Below, piece by piece: positions 57,553 to 64,000 of a stretch of DNA of 64,000 nucleotides. The first letter of the stretch is position 1, and every line of letters begins with the position of its first letter. Made by a program: the position numbers and the translations under genes. The notes beneath the pieces were generated by a model. The model did not search any database, had not been told where the DNA came from, and was given only the letters and a program-made list of their open reading frames with translations. Origin of the DNA: Convolutriloba macropyga (lineage: Eukaryota); contig NC_134472.1 in the NCBI RefSeq assembly GCF_964194025.1, positions 7,874,001 to 7,938,000 on the forward strand, read 5' to 3'.

Positions 57553-58896
57553 TGTTTTCAGTTTAATGCGATACAATTCCGATAACTACAGTGCAGTGCC
57601 AATTACGCTATTAAACATTGAATTATAGTAGCCTAGTCTAAAGTGAAATAAAAAAACGCATAGTGATTTAATTATTCAGTTAAAAAATTCAATTCGGTGC
57701 TGAGCTAGCTAAATTTAAATCAAAGTTGATTATCTGAAGTATTACTGAGTAGATTTTCGAACGCTCGCTGATGCATGTGAAAAATAATTCGTACTCTTTT
57801 AGATTATTCGTGCACGAACGTGCCTTCAGTAATTTTAATTTTGTTAATATTTTTAGCAACTCAACGAGAGGTCGAATTTTCATTTGATCATTTTCTGTCG
57901 TTTAATGACTACTTAGTTTACAAAGTTGGTTCAGTTGCATTTAGATTTGAACTTAATTATTTGATGCGATGCTTCTGCTGTTTGACTGTGAAATGTTTTG
58001 TGTTTGTGAATTTTGTCTTTCGTGTTTTAGTAATTAACAAACTTCTTCCACCTAGCTTTTGTTGTGTTCTTGTAGTTGTTTATTCACAATTCTATTTGGG
58101 ATAAAGGTCATTAATGTTAACATACACTAACCTCATATTCAACTAAGGTAAGTTTGTTATGAAATTTTTGTTTGCAAGACTTAATGATTAAGGTCTAACG
58201 TTTCCAGATTTCGATTACTTTTTTTTGGGGGGGGGGGGGGGGGGTTAGTAGGGAAAGATGAGAGGTTATACTCCGAACGATTCGAGTTTTAAAATTTCGT
58301 CAAATTGCGTTAATGATTTTTTCTCGTGACTTTTCTGAGACTTATCTTGTTCTTAGTGTCTAAGAAATTGTCTTGCTCTTTTAGTAAAGCGAACATAATT
58401 TTCCTACTGTTTAAAGAAGTACGAGTTTGAATTTAACCTTAAATGTATGTCCAATTTTTAGAGTTAACACTAGATTTAAATCATTTAAGCGGTCAACGAT
58501 CTCTTATGAGTTAATACTTTGTTTCGTCTTTAGAAAATTCTAGTTTAAGATTTCACCATATATTCTAAATTTTCCAAATATTAAGATGAGGAAATCATCA
58601 ACGTTACATTAGTCAGCCACTTTTTTGTTCAGTCTCCTGTAGTCCTTTTCGACAGTTAAAAGATCATGTTTCAGATAAATGGTTAAGGTTTTACAGTTTA
58701 TTATTTAAGATCTATAACTATAAAAGCAAACTATAAATCGCCATTTACATTGGTATGTCTATCAAAATCGGGGGATATATGTGAGTGTTGAGCTGTTCGT
58801 GTGCTTCTTCATCTAAATCATATTATGGTAGTGGGTGGTGGTCGTGGTGGTGGTAGTGGCTACTTCTCCCTTCAGTCAATAGGAAAACAAGACAGC

Positions 58897-59048
58897 ATGT
58901 CGGATCAGCCTCTCTTGTGCAAACCGGCCCTGCAGCAAGAGGTCACAGGGTCACTTAATATAGACTACAGTTTGATGGCCAGTGTGCACCAGAATCCAGC
59001 GACAGGCCACTTCATGTCCAATGGAGATTCAATGTCTTTTGGTGACAG
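58897..59048 (+). CDS. LYSMD2: LysM domain-containing protein (LYSMD1/2-like), exon 1
   Basis: ATG after acceptor TTCAG 58875; donor AG|GTAAG; phase 2 matches the next exon. Confidence 0.7.
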
Positions 59049-59140
59049 GTAAGATTTGTACTTGATAACTGTAGATATATAAAGTGTTCAATTGACACTT
59101 ATACAAATACTGCATTGAATTATTTTGAGGATAAGAATCA

Positions 59141-59217
59141 GGTCTTTCCCATTACATCCCCCCCCCCCCCAGTCTAGTGGTCAGACAACCTATGGGGGGT
59201 CTATAATGGGAAAGACC
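59141..59217. mobile_element. Small MITE related to 39629-39745
   Basis: TIRs GGTCTTTCCCATTA / TAATGGGAAAGACC. Confidence 0.7.
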
Positions 59218-59546
59218 CACAAATAATTATGTGGTGATGGGTATTAAAGAAACTTAATTTAACTGTAGTCAATGAAGCCCTGCAAAAGGATCATACAATG
59301 TTTCACAAGAAAAATTTGCGTTCGCAAATTATTTTTTATTTTACAGATTTTTTTCGCAATTTCTGTAGATTAATTAAAACTAGTATCCTGGTGCTAAATT
59401 GAGGTAGAAAAGGTTATTGATTCAGATGTAAGAAACATTTTAAGTTTTGAGAACCAACAGCTCGAAAAAAAAACTAAGAAGTACAAGTCAAAATGCGTAC
59501 AAGCTTACAGTCCTGATCGAAAGGTCAGTATCTCGTTACATTTCAG

Positions 59547-59749
59547 AACGCGGTCACCGTTCAGTAGCAGTTCCTTCTCTTCCTCATCCTCTTCTTCGTC
59601 CCATTGGGGCAGCAGTAGCCACCAGCACAGCAGTCAGTACCCCATCAAGATAGTGAAGAGCAGTGGCAGGAACTACGGCTCATTCTCAAGCACTGCCTGC
59701 ACCGACTCATTCCTACTACACGTTGTGGAGCCTGGTGAAACGCTCCAAG
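59547..59749 (+). CDS. LYSMD2: LYSMD1/2-like exon 2 (start of LysM)
   Basis: RNYGS...LLHVVEPGETLQ; AG/GT boundaries in phase. Confidence 0.85.
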
Positions 59750-62009
59750 GTCAGAAGAGTTTTAGATCTTATTTTCACTTTTATTACGGAAAGCGCTTTT
59801 TTTACTACTAATAGCTCTCATGAAAAGTGTGAATTTGATATGTGTTTAGTAATTGTGAGTGCTGCTTGTTTTTTTTTAGTTATTTCGTTTTCTACCGAGT
59901 GTTTTGTATTTGAGTTAAAGCGTTAAACGGCAGTCGATTCTGAAAGCATTTTGACTGTGGTATCAGTTAGATTCAATTTGCACTAATTGGAAAATTGTAT
60001 AACCCCAGTTTAGCGTATCGATTTAGCATTTAGGGTTTTAATTATAACAGAGGCTGTTCATGACTACGTTAAGCATTTTTTTTGGGATTGTTTCGCACAT
60101 GTTTAATTGCTCTCAAACGAAGTATCTAGCAATTATATTTGTACTGATGGAAAGTGATACCCTCCACAGCGCGCACCCCCATCAAGCCCCCCCCCCCCCC
60201 CCACTGATGAACATTTTCTACTATTTTCTCGCTCTTAATCAAACTTCAGCGAGTTACGATTATTTTATTTTTTAAATCGGTTAAGTGTCAGTGATACACG
60301 ATGTAAAGGTCAAGGCTGCTTGTGAAAACAAGCGTCTAGGATAATCTCTTGAACAAAATTCAAAAGAAACAAAATCCTAATTCTAAAGAAACTACTCTCA
60401 CTATATTAGCGTCGACATAGAAGCAACATAACGAGCAAAGATTTGCTCGAATAGGATATTGACCCATCATGGCGCTATAACCAGAAGTTGAAAGTGAGGT
60501 GATATGATGAACAGCTGAAGAGGGTGTGTTATAGTATACACTCTAGTAAGTAAGTTGTGATCATAAGATGGAGCTTGAAACGAAAGATCAATATAAGAGA
60601 GCACAGTAATACTCTCGCAGTGTTGATCGCTTGGCTCAGTGTAGATCACAAGATTGCAATCAATTAAGAGACTGTGGGGTCGCAACCCGCAAAGATCCCA
60701 AACTTTACAATCACTGTAATCGTGTTCAACTAGAATCAACATAGCGAGCAAGCAGTTTGCTTTTTTGTGCGCGTGCTGTAAATTCAAAGCCATTTTTTAA
60801 GATCACATTCAACTTTTATCCGCCCACGTGGTTCTTCGCACGTTTTGTTAAACAAATGTACAATTGCAAGCATTTTTGACCATCTGAAGAAAGGTATGAT
60901 CTTTAAATACAATTTTGAGTTTCTCTCTTTTGAAGTTTTGGACTCCTTTTAAGCATTTTTTGTAATGTCCATTCGTTATATTTTTTGGGAAAATTTGCTC
61001 AAATCCGACTGCTAACTGTTAGCTCACGCTGCAGTAGTATTGAGTATTGAGCGACTCGCGCATGACACAAATCGTTCGATAACAACGGTAGTCGGTAATT
61101 TTCTAAGTGTAGCCATTGGTGATTTATGAACGGGCGTGTTGATTTGTTGCGGAGGTCTGAAATGCTGACTAAGTTGGGCTAATCAAAACTTGAAAGAAAC
61201 GAGAAGACTAGTTACTTTATACAATTTTGTCTAAAAATTAAGTATCATTTTATATCGAATCTTATGTGTTATATCATTTTGTACGCAGTTAAAGAATTGG
61301 TCATTAAATAAAGGTTCGTTTTTGAAATTTGCACAAAAATAGACCGATTTAAACAACCTATTGGAGGTCGCTATGCTATCTCAACTTGTTACGAAGAACG
61401 CTCCCTTGGGTTAGGGTTTTATTTGTCAACTGTCGGTATCATTGGTTGTAATAGTGAAATCGTGAGCAGTAAATGTAGTCTTTGAAGTGAAATATTTATT
61501 CACTAAATGGCGATTTGTCATGTTGGTTATTCAGCAAGTTTTGTATACCTCTGGCGCCAAAGATTGCAAACTAATTATTGACAATTGACATTTTTGATGA
61601 CATGAATTCTGCTGCGTGTGGAATTCTAACGTCATATTGAGTGTTGAAATGATTGGCGGCGTAATACAGTCATTGCGTCGGAGTAGTTATTTTCAATCAA
61701 ATATAATTCGGAATCATTCAAGTGAAACGAAGAATATTATTCTGAACTTGTTTGTAAGTGGTGAAATCTTTTAGAAGATTGTATTACGCCTGTTCCAAGC
61801 TTCGAGTAAACGAAAAAGTAACTGAGAATTTCAGGTAATGATTTAAAAAGAACTTGACCACCGATATTTACCATATCAACGATAATTTGAAATCAACCAT
61901 AATGATAGTTTAGATTTAAATACAGAAACTGTTGAGTAAGTTCAGTAATCAGAATTTAGTTGAATCAAATAATTGTTTTTGTTAAATTGAATTGCTAGCT
62001 TTGTTTCAG

Positions 62010-62614
62010 CAATATCTCTCAAGTACAACATCACAATAGAACAGCTCAAACGCATCAACAAACTAACCACAAACGAGGCGTTCTTTCTCAAGGAAACGAT
62101 CCTGATTCCATGTCCTGACGTCATTCCCACAAACATGACTCTAGTATCCCAAGACGGTGCTCATACTCTCAACGACCAGATTCACTCTTTAGAAAGCAAA
62201 CAGAGGAAGACACAAAACAAAAGTAAACAAACAACTTCCTCACCTTCAAAGCCTGTCAGTATTAACAAGTCTCAAAATCCCTCATCTAACCTTAGCACTA
62301 ACGGACACCCGTCCAATTGTGATAGAACTCAAAACGGACAGCCGACAATGCGAGGAAATACACCACCCTCTCCGGATATTTCGGATATCTTTAAAAAGTT
62401 TGACACGATGTTAGAAGTCACCAAGTCGAACGTGGAAAAACTGCAACAAAACAGCGCTTGCATGAGTTACTCCAGTAGTAGTGAATCGCTATTTAATCTG
62501 CAGAACAAAACTGCAACAGTTTCTCACAGTAGCACTTCGAAAGAGAAAAACATCGGGTCTAAAACTGCGTTTTTCCCAGAAAGCAAGAGGCATGATGAGT
62601 TGTTCGAACTTTGA
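62010..62614 (+). CDS. LYSMD2: LYSMD1/2-like exon 3; total 319 aa
   Basis: AISLKYNITIEQLKRINKLTTNEAFFLKETILIP completes LysM; DIFKKFD and terminal DELFEL resemble LYSMD1/2. Confidence 0.88.
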
Positions 62615-64000
62615 CGTAATTTTACACTTACAAGGTACATTATGCTATTTAATGTTCTTAAATACTGTATTTTTATTTTGTAAAGTTGTTTGCCGTGGAT
62701 ATCTTTGAAGACTGCAGTTCTGTTCAATATCCTAGCAATACTTCATTGTAGATGACTTATATGGCCCTTCTTCTGTTGTCACCATTCGCCATATTTTGCA
62801 GTGAAAACACAATTTTTAATCCCCCTGCACTACGCTGCTATAGATGAGTTAGAAATGAATCGCCCCTATATATTTAATTGTAGTTTAGATCTGTAACTAT
62901 TTTAGAGTTATTAATTATTCGAATAGGAAAGAGTACTTAATATATTAATAGTAATACATGTAGACTCTGCTTTATTGTAGCGGAACAGCACTAGTTTTCA
63001 GCTGCCCTTTTCCTTTTACTCCCTAATTTTGAGACTTTTTCGCTAGCAGCATTGCTCTTTTTAGATGACTTGGACCACTTGTCTTGTCTGAAACTGTTAC
63101 GTAGTACCATTATTTCAGCCAAGATTTTCAAGCTATGGTCAACCTGTAGCGCTGGTAAAGTGAGTGCTCTTCTACACGCAGAGGTTAGCATATATAGGGG
63201 ATTGAACTCCATGACCACGGAGAACGAAGGTTCAGCAAGATTTCAAGAATTTTCGAACACATTTTTCAAGCTAGTGCAACAGCGAAAAAGATTCATTTGA
63301 AAACAAACAAAATATAGGACGACTACTGAAGGCTGCATTGAGCTGTATATTCCAACATTGTGTACTGAGATGTGCTACACTCTAACATGACTTGATAATC
63401 TAGTACCATTTTGAGAATTATGTTATGATGCGTGATTTGGAATAACTTGATTTTAAATCCGATAACTTCAGATTTAAAACACACTCCCGTATCTTCCCGC
63501 TTTGCTCAAATCTTAACTTATTGAGATAACTTTTTAGTTAGAATACTTTGTGACTAGTTCTTAACCAAGAACTCTCTAAGTCATAAAACAATAACTTTTG
63601 AAATTGAGTTAAGTCCAACATAACATCTTTAATTCTCCTAAGTTACAATTTGACTTAGAATGAATCACCCTGTGCTAAATTGTGCTATTTCAATCGTTGT
63701 CACTTCGATTAACTCAACTATTCTATTCCTTTATGCGCGTTTCATATTCGATACTGTTGTTAAACATAAACTATTAATTCTTTTTTGCATTTAACTTTCT
63801 TTAATACGTAACTATATACCAAGAATAGAACTACGGATTAAAATCTTGAGTTGTATATTTGATCCCCTGGTTAACCCCGTCGTTTCAGTATCTAAGGTAC
63901 AAACCAGCAGTATAAATGGTGATCACCGAAAGGCAGTTAATCTAATAAAACTAACTAAACCAGTTCAAACTTTAATAATTCCGGTTTAACGAACTAGTTT

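Noticed and set aside
62991-63375. Possible terminal exon of a minus-strand gene (basic tail, AATAAA 15 nt after the stop)
   Set aside because: An in-frame TGA upstream, no clean acceptor and no recognisable homology; cannot be supported from this window

Overview
AT-rich eukaryotic (invertebrate-animal-like; taxon not determinable here) genomic window with three assembly gaps near the start. Positions 2.5-39.4 kb are almost entirely transposon-derived. They contain degenerate CR1/L2-type LINEs, a Penelope-like fragment, a 2.3-kb tandem duplication and a nested pair of BEL/Pao LTR retrotransposons. A young element (12483-23575, +; identical 395-bp LTRs, TSD CCAAT) is inserted in opposite orientation into the gag gene of an older, decayed relative (about 6295-26910, -). 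The young element has an unusually long (3.5 kb) leader. It carries an intact extra 212-aa ORF with SGNH-hydrolase-like motifs and an antisense, in-frame captured fragment of an RGG/GGFG-rich protein with two RanBP2-type zinc fingers, both absent from the old relative. The leader also holds a GC-rich 54-bp VNTR and an array of 37-bp hairpin repeats conserved in both elements. Both elements have LTRs ending in TTTA instead of CA and a tRNA-His-type PBS. Positions 39.8-62.6 kb hold co-oriented + strand host genes: RSU1, RPS27A (with a strongly diverged ubiquitin moiety), CCDC86/Cgr1, an unknown two-exon gene, a geminin-like gene and LYSMD1/2. These are interspersed with MITEs, a Helentron-like HINE and a 5'-truncated LINE. 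All calls are by-eye motif recognition; no searches were run.
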